Below are positions 26,214 to 37,800 of a DNA stretch of 64,000 bases, in pieces. The stretch's first letter is position 1, and each line of letters opens with the position of its first letter. The DNA lies in IMG/VR virus record IMGVR_UViG_3300042885_000751, positions 1 to 64,000 of that record; one strand, 5' to 3'. Made by a program: the position numbers and the translations under genes. The DNA is from a virus. Lineage: Duplodnaviria > Caudoviricetes. The notes beneath the pieces were generated by a model that saw nothing but the letters and a program-made list of their open reading frames with translations, was not told where the DNA came from and searched no databases.

Positions 26214-29201
26214 ATGAGTACTTACATAAGTGGTGTCACTGATTTTATTCCTCAATTTCAACCTTTTCAACCTGATTTAAACTTTTATGCAAATGCATTG
26301 CAAACAAAGCAGAATCAGTATGATACAAACTATAAAGCATTAAATAATGTTTATGGTCAATATTTCTATGCAGATTTAACTCATGGGGATAATCTTAAAA
26401 AGAAAGATGAATTACTTAAAGCAATTGACTTTAATTTAAAACGTGTCTCTGGTTTAGATTTATCATTAGAGCAAAATGTTGATCAAGCTACTCAAGTATT
26501 TAAACCATTTTATCAAGATAAATATCTTATGAGAGATATGGCTTGGACTAAAAATAAAAATAGTGAGAGAGAATATGGCCTTGGTTTAAAGAATAATAGA
26601 GATGAAAAACAAGGAAAGAAATATTGGGAAGAAGGTATAAGATTTTTAGATTATAAAACTGAAGAGTTTAAAAATGGATCACTTGAAGATACAATGAATA
26701 TGGGAAATGCAACATATACTCCTTATGTCAATGTAATTGAAAAAGCTCAAAAAATTGCTAAAGATCAAGGTTTTCATGTTGAAAGTGTAGATACTAGTCC
26801 AGATGGTAAATGGATGATTACTACTACAAACGGTAAACAAATATTACCTCAATTAAAATATTTACTTGAAGCACAACTTGGATCTGATCCTGGTGTTATT
26901 GATGTATATAGAACTCAAGCATATGTAAATAGAAAAGATTATGCATATTCTAATGCAGCTCAATTTAATGGGGATAAGAATGCTGCTGAAATGAAATATC
27001 TTTCAGATAATTATACTATACTTAAGGCAGAAAATGATGCAAGAAAAAAACAACTAGAAAAAAATAGCCAAGTATATGATAATAAAGCAAAACAAGTTAC
27101 TCAAGCTATAGAAAGTGGATCATCTACCCCAGATACAGAATCATATCTTGAAAGAATAAGTCATGCAACTGCTGTTAATTCAGCTGTACTTGCAACTACT
27201 GATGCTACTGTGTCAGCTTTATCAACTAGTACTGGAACATTAACTACATCTACAGGATTCACAAATCCATATGGAGATATTGAATCTTTAAGAAATAAAA
27301 TTGATAATGGAATGGCATCTAAATTGATGCAAAAAGATTTAAGTGAAGCAGCAGATATCTTTGTATCATTAAACGCTAAACAAAAAGTAGATGCAAATCC
27401 ATTTGCTATTCAAGAAATAGCTCATAACTATAGAATGCAAGAAACTGCATTAAGAAATCAAGGTACAATGCAAGCAGCATTGTTAAGAAATCAATCAGAT
27501 AGAGAAATTGCTAATGATAAAGTTCTTTATGATACTGGAGCTTATGTACCAGATCAAGAAAAATATGTAATGGGTCCTAATGGTGAACAAATGTTAAATC
27601 CAAATTTTAACAGACCTGTACTTATGGAAGGAGCAGATGAAATTTCTGTTGAAAAAGTTGGTTCTGGATCAACTGGAATAGTTAATGTTCAAGATGTTGT
27701 AAATAATCAATCAACTAAAGCTGCAAAAGATATAGTTGAACCATATATGAATAACATGTTTGCATCAATGTCAGAATTATGGGATAAAAATTTATTATCA
27801 GCTGAAGATAGAGATATGATTCTTGGTAAAGGAAGTAGTATTGTAGAATTTAATAAAAAATATCAAGAAAATCCTGCTGCATATATTAAAAGTATGGGAG
27901 CTCAAAAACTTAAATCAATTTCAGCTGCTTTTCAAAAATATTTAACAGATAATAATAATGTTGGTATTAATGATATTGATATAACAATAGATAAAATGTC
28001 AAAACTTAATACTAATGTAAATGATTATGTAAGATATAAAGAAGATGTTACAGATTGGAAATTAAAAAGTGTTCCTCTTGTTAAAGAGCATGTAGCTAAA
28101 AATAATCCTGCTCTTAAAGACTATTTAAAAGATATATTTGATAAAAATGGTAATTTAATTAGTGAAAATGCATTTAATAAAAAATATAATTTAGCATCTG
28201 CAAATAAAGAAGCTCTAAAAGGATATATACAATATCAAACAACAAATCCTAAATCAAGTGGAATCATAACACAAAGTACAATAGATAGAGTTCAAGGATT
28301 TGATATATATAATAAAATTAAAGAAGCTGTTCATGAAGCATATGGTTCTTCACAAGTAAATTCAAAAGTTCCATCAGGATTTAATCCATTAGGTGCTAAT
28401 ATTAAAGGAGCAGGATTAAGTGTTGAAAGAAATATAATGAATGTACATGGTGGTGCTTATTTAACTACAAATGCTCAATATTGGAATCAAACTAAAAAAG
28501 ATATAAGCAGTATGGATTTTGGTGATAGCAAATCAGTACAAACTTCATTTAGTGGACCAGTTTTAGGTGTTAATGGAACTAAAAATCAAACAGCTAAAGC
28601 ATTACTTGATGCTTATATTGCACATGTTAATAAAAAAGAAAATAAAGCAACAGGGTTTAAAGTTGGTTCACAAATGATTGCAGCTGGAGATTACACAAAA
28701 GGTGCAATGATATTTTATCCAGATAAAGCATTTTTAAAAGAATATACAGGTGCAAAAGTAAAAAATGAAAATGATGAATGGGTTATGTCAAATTTAATAA
28801 CTCCACAAGAAGAACAAGAAATTTTAAAAAATGGTATATCAGTTATATCTAATGTAAATAATTTTCAAAATGGACTTATGAAATCTTCTTATATGAGCCC
28901 TTTACAAGCGTCAATTGCATATAATAAAGAAAAAGGAGTTACTATAGTAGATGCAAAAGATAAAACAGGTTATAATACTTTGAATATTAGAGTTGATGAA
29001 TTTAATACTGGAGATTATATATATACTCAAACTTATTCAGTATATGATCCTAATACTAAAAGTTTAATAAAATCAAAACCATATACTGTTTCATCTGTTA
29101 ATACTGGAAACAATGTTGATGCCGTAAGAGATAATATGATGGTAAAATGGGATATGCAAAGAATTCAAAATAATGAATTATTTAATAATGTAAGTAGATA
29201 A
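26214..29201 (+). CDS. Ejected cargo protein
   Basis: 995 aa, Cys-free; PQFQPFQPD...LQTKQNQYD N-terminus resembles crAss-like cargo proteins upstream of the RNAP block. Confidence 0.6.
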   Translation: MSTYISGVTDFIPQFQPFQPDLNFYANALQTKQNQYDTNYKALNNVYGQYFYADLTHGDNLKKKDELLKAIDFNLKRVSGLDLSLEQNVDQATQVFKPFYQDKYLMRDMAWTKNKNSEREYGLGLKNNRDEKQGKKYWEEGIRFLDYKTEEFKNGSLEDTMNMGNATYTPYVNVIEKAQKIAKDQGFHVESVDTSPDGKWMITTTNGKQILPQLKYLLEAQLGSDPGVIDVYRTQAYVNRKDYAYSNAAQFNGDKNAAEMKYLSDNYTILKAENDARKKQLEKNSQVYDNKAKQVTQAIESGSSTPDTESYLERISHATAVNSAVLATTDATVSALSTSTGTLTTSTGFTNPYGDIESLRNKIDNGMASKLMQKDLSEAADIFVSLNAKQKVDANPFAIQEIAHNYRMQETALRNQGTMQAALLRNQSDREIANDKVLYDTGAYVPDQEKYVMGPNGEQMLNPNFNRPVLMEGADEISVEKVGSGSTGIVNVQDVVNNQSTKAAKDIVEPYMNNMFASMSELWDKNLLSAEDRDMILGKGSSIVEFNKKYQENPAAYIKSMGAQKLKSISAAFQKYLTDNNNVGINDIDITIDKMSKLNTNVNDYVRYKEDVTDWKLKSVPLVKEHVAKNNPALKDYLKDIFDKNGNLISENAFNKKYNLASANKEALKGYIQYQTTNPKSSGIITQSTIDRVQGFDIYNKIKEAVHEAYGSSQVNSKVPSGFNPLGANIKGAGLSVERNIMNVHGGAYLTTNAQYWNQTKKDISSMDFGDSKSVQTSFSGPVLGVNGTKNQTAKALLDAYIAHVNKKENKATGFKVGSQMIAAGDYTKGAMIFYPDKAFLKEYTGAKVKNENDEWVMSNLITPQEEQEILKNGISVISNVNNFQNGLMKSSYMSPLQASIAYNKEKGVTIVDAKDKTGYNTLNIRVDEFNTGDYIYTQTYSVYDPNTKSLIKSKPYTVSSVNTGNNVDAVRDNMMVKWDMQRIQNNELFNNVSR

Positions 29202-32200
29202 TGGAAAATACTTTTAGCCCTTTAGATCCACTTGGACCAGAATTTGGTAAAGTTCAAGGACCTGCAATTAATGCACAAAGTTTATCTCCATTTGAAGGTG
29301 ATGTATTAAAAGAAAATAAAATTGATTTTTTTCCTATTGCACATGATTTTAGTATTGCTGCACATCCTAAATATCCTGTACAAGATGTTGTAACTGGGCG
29401 TAGTCCAAATAGACCAGGTTATCAAAATCCAAATAAAAATCTTACAGCACAACAACGTGCAGATGCATGGGCAGCTGATAGTGAGATGATGATCAGATCA
29501 CATAATGATAAAAATACATATGCAAAAATGAATATGTATAATGCTGGTCCATCTGGTAATTCATTTTATAAAAGATATGCAGCTTTTGGTGAGAAAAAAT
29601 TTAATGAATTAGGTTTTTCTCCAATGAGAGATAATGAAGCAATATATAATGCTAATACAACTTGGGGAGAAAGAGCATCAAGAATGATGAAAAATTCATT
29701 TTTACCTTTACTAGGTAGAGGATTTGTATCTGGTCCAAAGAGTTTATTTAAAATGATGCAAGGTGATTTTAGTTCTGATCTTGAAGATGCAAGAGCATAT
29801 GAAGAAGCTGCAGCTATAGGTCAAGATACATCAGGAGGTTTTGGAGCATTCTTTACTAATACTTCAATGAGTTTTGCATATACTGCGGGTATTATTGGTG
29901 AAGCAATTGTTGAAGAAGTTGCAGGTGCTTTACTTGCTCCTGTTACTTTTGGTGGTTCTTTTTTTGCTGCTACTGCTAACAATTTAAGAAAAGTTGGTAA
30001 ACTTGGTGATGCTGTTGATTTAGCTGTTGATGGATATAGAGCTGTTAATACTACACTTAAAGAAGCAAATAGTATCAATGGTGCTAGAAAAATGTGGAAA
30101 GGAGCAGAAACTTTTGGCAATAATAAACTTGTTAAATTTTTAAATCCACTTGAAAATACATATAGTGCAGTTATGGGCATTGGTAAAAATGCAGATAACT
30201 TAACAGGTCTTGCAAGATTATCACGTGAAACTAGTAAAACAGCAGGTGGTTTATTCAGAGATGTAAGAAATATTAATATGGCATTATCAGAAGCCCGTCT
30301 AGAAGGTGGTATGAATGATAATAAAGTATATGATGAATTATATGATGAATACTACAGAAAGAATGAAAGAGCTCCAAGTGATGAAGAGCAATATGAAATG
30401 ACTAAAACTGCAAAAGCATCTGGTATAAATACATTGATGTGGAATACTGCATTAATATTTGCATCAAATAAAATTGTACTTCCTAACTTAATGAAATCCG
30501 GTGCAGGTAAAAATGCAATTGGTAATAAGTTAGATGATGTATTAACCATGAAAGATGGTAAAGTTGTACTTGAAAAAAAATTTGATGCAGGTAAAAAAAT
30601 TGCAAAAGGTGAATTTACATATGTTGCTAATTCATTTAAAAACTCACTTAAAGGATTTAAAGCTGCTCCAATTAGAACTACTGCTAAAGTAGCTGGAACA
30701 TATCTAAAAGGTAATTTACTTGAAGGTGTTCAAGAAAACTTACAAGATGTTATATCAGTAGCTAATGAAGAATACTATATTAATTCATATAAGAATAAAG
30801 AATTAGGTGCTCACTTATATAATAAATCACAAAGTTCATTAATGCTAGATGGATTAAAAAATCAATTCTCATCACAGGGATTTGAAACATTTGCTTCAGG
30901 TGCATTAATGGGTTTATTTTCTGGTGGATTAAACTTAATTAAAGGAGGTTTAGATGCAGGTTATAATAATATATTTAATAAAGAAGAATATAATACATAT
31001 AAAGCAGAAAGAAAAACACATGGTGAAAATGTAGCAAAACAATTAACTGCATTGTATAATGACCCTAATGAATTCTTTGACCCAAAGTTATTTAATTATG
31101 GTAATCAAAATAATGTTGTAGCAAATACAGAAGATGCAGATACTAAAGATAAAAAAGATGATTTGCGTGATGCATTCATGAGTCAAGTATGGACATCATT
31201 AAGTTCTAATACACTTAATTATTTTAAAGATCATATCTCTTCATTTAAAGATGTAACACCAGAAGAGTTTGAAGATGCATTTGGATTTGAAAAAGGTACT
31301 GGTATTGAAAGACAAGGTAAAATTGATACTATTATATCTAAGATAGATGATGTTAAAAAAACATATGATTATGCAAGTGATAGATTTCCTAATCCAATTG
31401 ACTTAAGTAAATATGATAAAGCTTTACCTGAATATAGAGAAGCAGCATTACTTAGTAGAGCTTGGAATGAAGGGGTAAGGCAATATGTTTTTTCAAACCA
31501 TAAATATATGGACAATGTTGATAGAATGGTAAGTATTTCTGGTACCATTCTAGATAATCCATCTATGAAAAAGATGTCTCAAACAGACATGCAAATGATA
31601 CTTCAACCTTCAAAAATAAATGATGAAGTACAATTACTTAAATCAGAAATAGAAGGGCTTAGTCAATTAACTGATTCTAAGTCTAAAGCAGAATTATTAA
31701 AAAAACAAAATAAAGTAACAGCTTTAGAAGAATATGCATCTGCACATAATATGCATGAAGCATACTATAACAGTTCTACAAGAGATCAGTTTATTAATGA
31801 TTTATTTGAAGAAGTAAAAAAACAACAAGGTGTTGCAGAATTAACAGAAGATGATAAAAAACAAATACTTGAGATTCAAGAAAATGCAGTTGATAATGAT
31901 TTAGAATTAGCATATAAAAACTTTTTAAAAGTTGCAAATGGCATTGATTCATCTTATATATTTGATACTGATGTTGATGAAAGTTTTAGTAAGCTTAAAG
32001 ATCATTATAAAATAGATGAAGAAACAAAAGATCTTGTTAAACAAATTAATTTAATGCATGACCCAAAGTTTTTTATGGGTCAAGTTAATAAATCTAAAGT
32101 TTGGATGACTAATATGTACAATAATAGAAAAGACTATTTTGTAGATATGGTTAATAAGCAAATTAATGGATTAGAAAATAATACATTCTTAAATGCATTA

Positions 32201-34891
32201 GCTGATAAAAATATATTCATGGATCTTGAAGAATTTCAAAATTATATGGATAATAATGTTCCACCTAAAGAATTTCTTAATGATACTACAAAACAAGTAA
32301 TAAAACCAGGTACTATTGAATATGCATTAATATTTGATATGCTACAAAAGAATAAAGAATTAAAAACTCAAGAGACATCAAAAGAAACATTTGAAGAAAA
32401 ATTACAAACAGTACTTGATGGTTTAGATATAGCAGAACAAAAAGAAATTGATAAGCTAGAAAAAACTGAAGTTAAAACTAAAGTTAAAACAGTTAAGAGA
32501 GAGGGTATAAAAATTAAAGATGTTGCTATTGAAATTGCACTTGGAGAATATGTAGATATAACAATTGAAAAAACAGATCAGGTATTAACATTATTTAGTT
32601 CTGCTGAAGGATTAAGAAATAATAATAAAGATGGTGACGTAATTAGCATTAAGGATATCAAGGATACATTCTCTGAATATACAATTTATAAACTTGAACT
32701 TAAACCAAATGCAGCAGAGGTTAAAGAAATAAATAAAAAATATACAGATCTTAAGAAAGAAGCAATAGATAAATTTAAAGCTGAAAAAAGTAAAAATGAA
32801 TTAAAACAATATTCAATATATACTGAGTTAAAAGATTTCCCTAAAGACTTATACAAAGAGTTGCAGGCTGAATTTAATAAATCTGAAGAACTAGCAGCTG
32901 CATCTGATGAAGACTTATCTGATGAAGAGATATTAGATATGTTTAAAGCATTTATTGAAAAAGATGCTAATGCTAAAACTATTATAGATAATTATAATGG
33001 TAAAAATGCAGAAGAAGTAAAAAAAGAAGAATCTGGTGAAATAGAGGAATTTGATTTTCAATATAATAATAAAACTGAAAACACTTCTAAATTTGATAAT
33101 GAGCAAATAAAAACTTTAAGTAGTCAATTTAAGAATTTTAGAGATAGTGAAACTGATCCTGTAAAAAAAGAATATTATGCAAAGGTGGTTAATGATTTTA
33201 AAAAATTAATTGCTACACGTTTACTAAAAAGCTATAAACCTGATATACAAGAGACAATAAGAATTATAAAAGAAAAGTTAACTGATCAACAAGGAAGAGC
33301 ACAAAAAATAGGTCAACTGGGTTATTTAGTAAATAATAAAATTCTTGAAAGAGTAACTAATTTTATACAAGGTTTAAAAAGTAATAAATATAAATACACA
33401 GGAAAACAAATAATAACTAATGCTTTTGATATTACTATTAATAAAACTGGATTGAATAAAGAAAGCATTGATGCTTTCATGACTGAGATTGATGAAAAAT
33501 TAATGCCAACTCCAACAAAAGATACAGGATATACAAAAGATACTCTTGATGGTGTTGCATCCACTTCAAATAATTTAAGAAATTACTTAAATGATATACT
33601 TGAAAATAAAGAAACAAATGGTCTTAAGAGTAAAAAAGATCAGTTAGATGCAATACAAAAATATATATCTGATAATGCATATGAGTATACAAGAAAAGCT
33701 GGTGATTATTTAGATGAGCAATTAAAAAGTTTCTTTACTAAAGGAGAAAAACCAGAATTTAAAGAATCAGAAATTATTAGAGAAGCATTTGATGATATAT
33801 TTGGACCTAAAGGTTTTTTAAAACCCATTAAACAAAAAATAGATTCAGGTGAGTTATATGTATTAGCAAAAAATCTTGTAGTATTTGATGAAGAAAGTGG
33901 TATTGCTGGTGAAATGGATTTACTGCTTATTGATAAACAAGGTAAATTACACATAGTAGATTTTAAAACTGGTGAACAAAAAAAATGGAATGGCTTTGTT
34001 GAAGGAACAGATTCAGGTTTAAATAAAACTGAAGACTATACTCTACAACAATATACTTATGCTAGATTATTAAAAAAGATGACAGGACTTGATGCTGAAA
34101 TAAACATCATGCCTATTGAAATAAATATTAATAAATATAGATATCAAATTGGAACTGTAAATGAACCTACTAATAAAAAGTTATTAGGTTTAGATAATTG
34201 GTATTTTCCATTAGATCCTAATTTTGCTGATGCTAAAACTAAAATAGATAAAGAAATTAGTATTACAGAACCTGTTATTACTGAGCCTGTTATTACAGAA
34301 CCTGGTATTAAAGTAGCTACAGAAGTAAAATTAAGTGATGAAGATAAAACTAAACTAGGTAGACTTGGTTATAAATCTGAATTTTATAGACAGCTTTCTA
34401 AAGAAGACTTAACAAAAATACTTCAAGATAGTATTCCAATTGAAGTGTTTACTAAAGAGCAAACAATAACTGAAGAAAAACAAGTTACAAAAGTATCTGA
34501 ACTTACTTTTAAAAATGGTGATACTGTTATAGTTGAGAAAACAATACCTGGTAGAAAAAATGATCCTGATTTTGCTTCAGTAGGTGCAGTAATAACTGTT
34601 ATAGAAACTACAGAAAAAGGTGTCAGATTTACATACATGGGACGCCAAAAAACATTATCTTTGTCTGAGTTAGATAAATATGTTACAACAAAAACTATTG
34701 AGAAAACTAAAGAAGCTGAAAAGGGTGATGAAGTTTTAGATGCAATAGATCAAGACTTAATTGCTGAGTCATTAAAAGTATTAAAAGATTTTATTTCTAG
34801 TGATACAAATATAAATAAAGCAAAAACAAATGCTAATGATAAAACATTAGTAGAGATTTATGATGAATTATTAAAATACTTAGATTGTTAA
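29201..34891 (+). CDS. Giant cargo protein with hydrophobic segments and a PD-(D/E)xK nuclease domain
   Basis: 1896 aa; Gly/Ala hydrophobic stretches in the N-terminal third; IAGEMDLLLID...IVDFKTG...QQYTY RecB-like motifs at about 33900-34070. Confidence 0.7.
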   Translation: MENTFSPLDPLGPEFGKVQGPAINAQSLSPFEGDVLKENKIDFFPIAHDFSIAAHPKYPVQDVVTGRSPNRPGYQNPNKNLTAQQRADAWAADSEMMIRSHNDKNTYAKMNMYNAGPSGNSFYKRYAAFGEKKFNELGFSPMRDNEAIYNANTTWGERASRMMKNSFLPLLGRGFVSGPKSLFKMMQGDFSSDLEDARAYEEAAAIGQDTSGGFGAFFTNTSMSFAYTAGIIGEAIVEEVAGALLAPVTFGGSFFAATANNLRKVGKLGDAVDLAVDGYRAVNTTLKEANSINGARKMWKGAETFGNNKLVKFLNPLENTYSAVMGIGKNADNLTGLARLSRETSKTAGGLFRDVRNINMALSEARLEGGMNDNKVYDELYDEYYRKNERAPSDEEQYEMTKTAKASGINTLMWNTALIFASNKIVLPNLMKSGAGKNAIGNKLDDVLTMKDGKVVLEKKFDAGKKIAKGEFTYVANSFKNSLKGFKAAPIRTTAKVAGTYLKGNLLEGVQENLQDVISVANEEYYINSYKNKELGAHLYNKSQSSLMLDGLKNQFSSQGFETFASGALMGLFSGGLNLIKGGLDAGYNNIFNKEEYNTYKAERKTHGENVAKQLTALYNDPNEFFDPKLFNYGNQNNVVANTEDADTKDKKDDLRDAFMSQVWTSLSSNTLNYFKDHISSFKDVTPEEFEDAFGFEKGTGIERQGKIDTIISKIDDVKKTYDYASDRFPNPIDLSKYDKALPEYREAALLSRAWNEGVRQYVFSNHKYMDNVDRMVSISGTILDNPSMKKMSQTDMQMILQPSKINDEVQLLKSEIEGLSQLTDSKSKAELLKKQNKVTALEEYASAHNMHEAYYNSSTRDQFINDLFEEVKKQQGVAELTEDDKKQILEIQENAVDNDLELAYKNFLKVANGIDSSYIFDTDVDESFSKLKDHYKIDEETKDLVKQINLMHDPKFFMGQVNKSKVWMTNMYNNRKDYFVDMVNKQINGLENNTFLNALADKNIFMDLEEFQNYMDNNVPPKEFLNDTTKQVIKPGTIEYALIFDMLQKNKELKTQETSKETFEEKLQTVLDGLDIAEQKEIDKLEKTEVKTKVKTVKREGIKIKDVAIEIALGEYVDITIEKTDQVLTLFSSAEGLRNNNKDGDVISIKDIKDTFSEYTIYKLELKPNAAEVKEINKKYTDLKKEAIDKFKAEKSKNELKQYSIYTELKDFPKDLYKELQAEFNKSEELAAASDEDLSDEEILDMFKAFIEKDANAKTIIDNYNGKNAEEVKKEESGEIEEFDFQYNNKTENTSKFDNEQIKTLSSQFKNFRDSETDPVKKEYYAKVVNDFKKLIATRLLKSYKPDIQETIRIIKEKLTDQQGRAQKIGQLGYLVNNKILERVTNFIQGLKSNKYKYTGKQIITNAFDITINKTGLNKESIDAFMTEIDEKLMPTPTKDTGYTKDTLDGVASTSNNLRNYLNDILENKETNGLKSKKDQLDAIQKYISDNAYEYTRKAGDYLDEQLKSFFTKGEKPEFKESEIIREAFDDIFGPKGFLKPIKQKIDSGELYVLAKNLVVFDEESGIAGEMDLLLIDKQGKLHIVDFKTGEQKKWNGFVEGTDSGLNKTEDYTLQQYTYARLLKKMTGLDAEINIMPIEININKYRYQIGTVNEPTNKKLLGLDNWYFPLDPNFADAKTKIDKEISITEPVITEPVITEPGIKVATEVKLSDEDKTKLGRLGYKSEFYRQLSKEDLTKILQDSIPIEVFTKEQTITEEKQVTKVSELTFKNGDTVIVEKTIPGRKNDPDFASVGAVITVIETTEKGVRFTYMGRQKTLSLSELDKYVTTKTIEKTKEAEKGDEVLDAIDQDLIAESLKVLKDFISSDTNINKAKTNANDKTLVEIYDELLKYLDC
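34262..34309 (+). repeat. Coding 15-bp tandem repeat (ITEPV x3)
   Basis: attacagaacctgtt attactgagcctgtt attacagaacctggt att. Confidence 0.75.
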
Positions 34892-34895
34892 TATT

Positions 34896-37800
34896 ATGGT
34901 AAACTGTTCATTATCACCAACACAAGTTGAAAATTTATATAAGTTAATATATAAACAAATGCTTAATTCTTTAGAGGATAATTCTTTTAATCAAGAAGCA
35001 TTTATGACTGACCTATTTGAAAAAATAGAACAAAAAGCAGATATTAATACAGCATCTACTTTTTTACAAGTTGTACCTGTTTTAATGAAAGAGGCACTTG
35101 AACAAGATGAATTAGGAAATGTTAATTTTGATTTAAATATTAATAGGGAATTAATAAATAACTTTAAAAATACAGAAAACGGATTATTTAAAACATTAAA
35201 ATATTTTAAACCTGAAGCTACTTTAGCAGATTTAGAAATCAGTATGGAAATAGAAAAAGGTATAATAAATACTCCTGAATCAGATCAAGGTGATGAATTA
35301 ACTGATATACTTAATGATCCATTTAGATGGCAAGCAGATGATGCTTTAACTTCTACAATGCAAGAACTTTCTACTAGAAAACCTGATGAAAAAGACACTG
35401 GAGCTAAAGAAAAAAAAGATCCTAATAAAGAAAGAATATATAGAGCAATAAGAAAGATTAAAGAAAAAGGTGTAAGAAAAGAAGGTGGACCTGAATTAAT
35501 TTATCAAGGTAAAGTATTAAAATTAAAAACAGTAAAATTATTAAGTCTTAATGCTAAAAATTTACTTGATAAAACTACTGTTGCATTTGTAATAAAAAGT
35601 AATTCAATAGTAGATCAAGGTACTAGTCTAGAAGATGTAACTCCTGCTAAAGATATAATTGCATTAGTAGTAACTGATGAAAATGGTGTAGAATTATTTT
35701 TTGATGAAAATGGAAACATATCTACTAAAGAAGAAGGTGGTCAAATTGTATATCAATTTTTAAGAGATGTAAGAACTGAAAAAGATTCTAATAAATTAAG
35801 AGTTACAGACATATATGGTTTAGAAGATAGAATTCTTTCACCTGCAGAATTAATTGAAAAAGATGCTCATAATAGTAAAATGAGTATGGAGTCATATAAA
35901 AAATGGTTAATTGACCAGGGTACTACATATGAAGAATTACTTGTTGCAGTAGATAATAAACAACAAGAAAGCTTTAAAGAATTACAAAATTTAAGAGATG
36001 ATGCACGTGCAGATAAACCTAAATTATTAAACATAACAGATATTAGTGCTGGTATTACTGATGTTTTCTTTTCTGAAACAAGTACAACATTAGATGACTT
36101 TCTTACTAGTAGTAAAAAAACATTTGAAGATTTAGATCTTCAAATTAATCCAGATAAATTTACTGCTCAAGTATATGTAAATGATACTTATTATACAATT
36201 GATAGACCTAATTTACCTGAAGAATACATAAATCAAATTGCTGCTGTATTAGTAAATCCTAAATTAACTAATGAACAGAAAAATAATTTTTATTTACAGT
36301 TTACTAATAATAATATTAATAGAGATAAAAGAAAATTACTTGTATTTTATGATTCAGTAACAAAAGAATTAACAGCTAAATATAGAACTAAGTCTTCTGA
36401 AAGTGCTCAATTATTTGATTTATCAGCTTCTGGTGCTGAAAAAATTATAATTGACAGTTTATTGTATGAAAGTACATATGTTAAAACTAATGGTGAAACA
36501 GAAATTTATGCTACTACCATGGGTTATAATAAAGATTTACTTATAAGTAAAGGTGTCAGTAAATTTTATACATATGACCGTACTACTGATAAACTTATAG
36601 CTAAGTCATATAAAGATTTTCTTAATGGATTAGACTTAAAAGTTTTAAAACCAGATACTGAAAAAAATGATAAAGATAAAGCAGTAAATAATCCATATTT
36701 TCAATTTAGAATTGATAAAGATTTTATTGCTGAAACAGAAGAAGTTAAAGAAGCAACAACATCTACTCCTGTAGATAAAATTAAAGAAACTAAAGATAAC
36801 CTTGTTGCTAAATTAAAAGTTAATAAAGATTTATCTGGTACTATATACAGTGGTAAAGCACTTACAGATGCTACATTTGAAATGATGATAGATGGTGTAC
36901 GTGTAGAAGGTAGATATGAGGATGGTAAACCAATTGCAGGTATAAAAATTGGTGATCCGGTAACATTTATAGTTAATGATGTATCTCCTACTATAACTGA
37001 TGTGATATCAATATATAAAGGAGATAAAAAAATAGGTCAAGTAAGTCAAACTGATTTTACCTTAAAACCAAAAACTCCTAAAGCAACTGTTACTCCACAA
37101 CAAAAAGCAGCTGAAAAAGATAAACCACTTACTAATCCAGATAAAGTTGGTCAAGCTGATGATACAACTGGTATAAGTGATGCATTTGATTTAAATAGAT
37201 CTGCTAAATTACCTAATAATGTTACTCAAGAAGAAATTACTGCTGCTCAAGAATGGTGGGATAATTCTCCATTATCTAAACTTATTAAACTTGAGCACAT
37301 GGCTAACATTGTTAACTCTGATGTTTATGCAAGATTTATTATAGCAGGTAAAAGATTAGAGGATACTAAAATACAATTAGATACTGCTACTGGTAGTTCT
37401 GCTGTAGATTTATACCATGAAGCTTGGCATGCATTTTCTCAATTATATTTAACTAAGGATCAAAAAACTAAGTTATATGCTGAGACAAGAAAAAGATTAA
37501 ATAACTATGATCTTTCTCCAATTGAAGTAGAAGAAATTATTGCTGAAGACTTTAGAGATTATGCTAAAAATCCTCAAACTATAAAAGATGGGCCAACAAG
37601 AAATAGTTTATTCAGAAAAATCTGGAATTTCATTAAAGCATTATTTGGTAAACAAAATACTAAAGATGAGTTATTTGAGAAATTATTTTTTGCAAGTAAA
37701 AACCCTAAGCTTTTAAACAAATATACTCCACTTGTTGATAACCATATGTTCAACACTCTTAATAGAGCAAGAGGTATAGTCAACACTGAAACAAAAGAAC

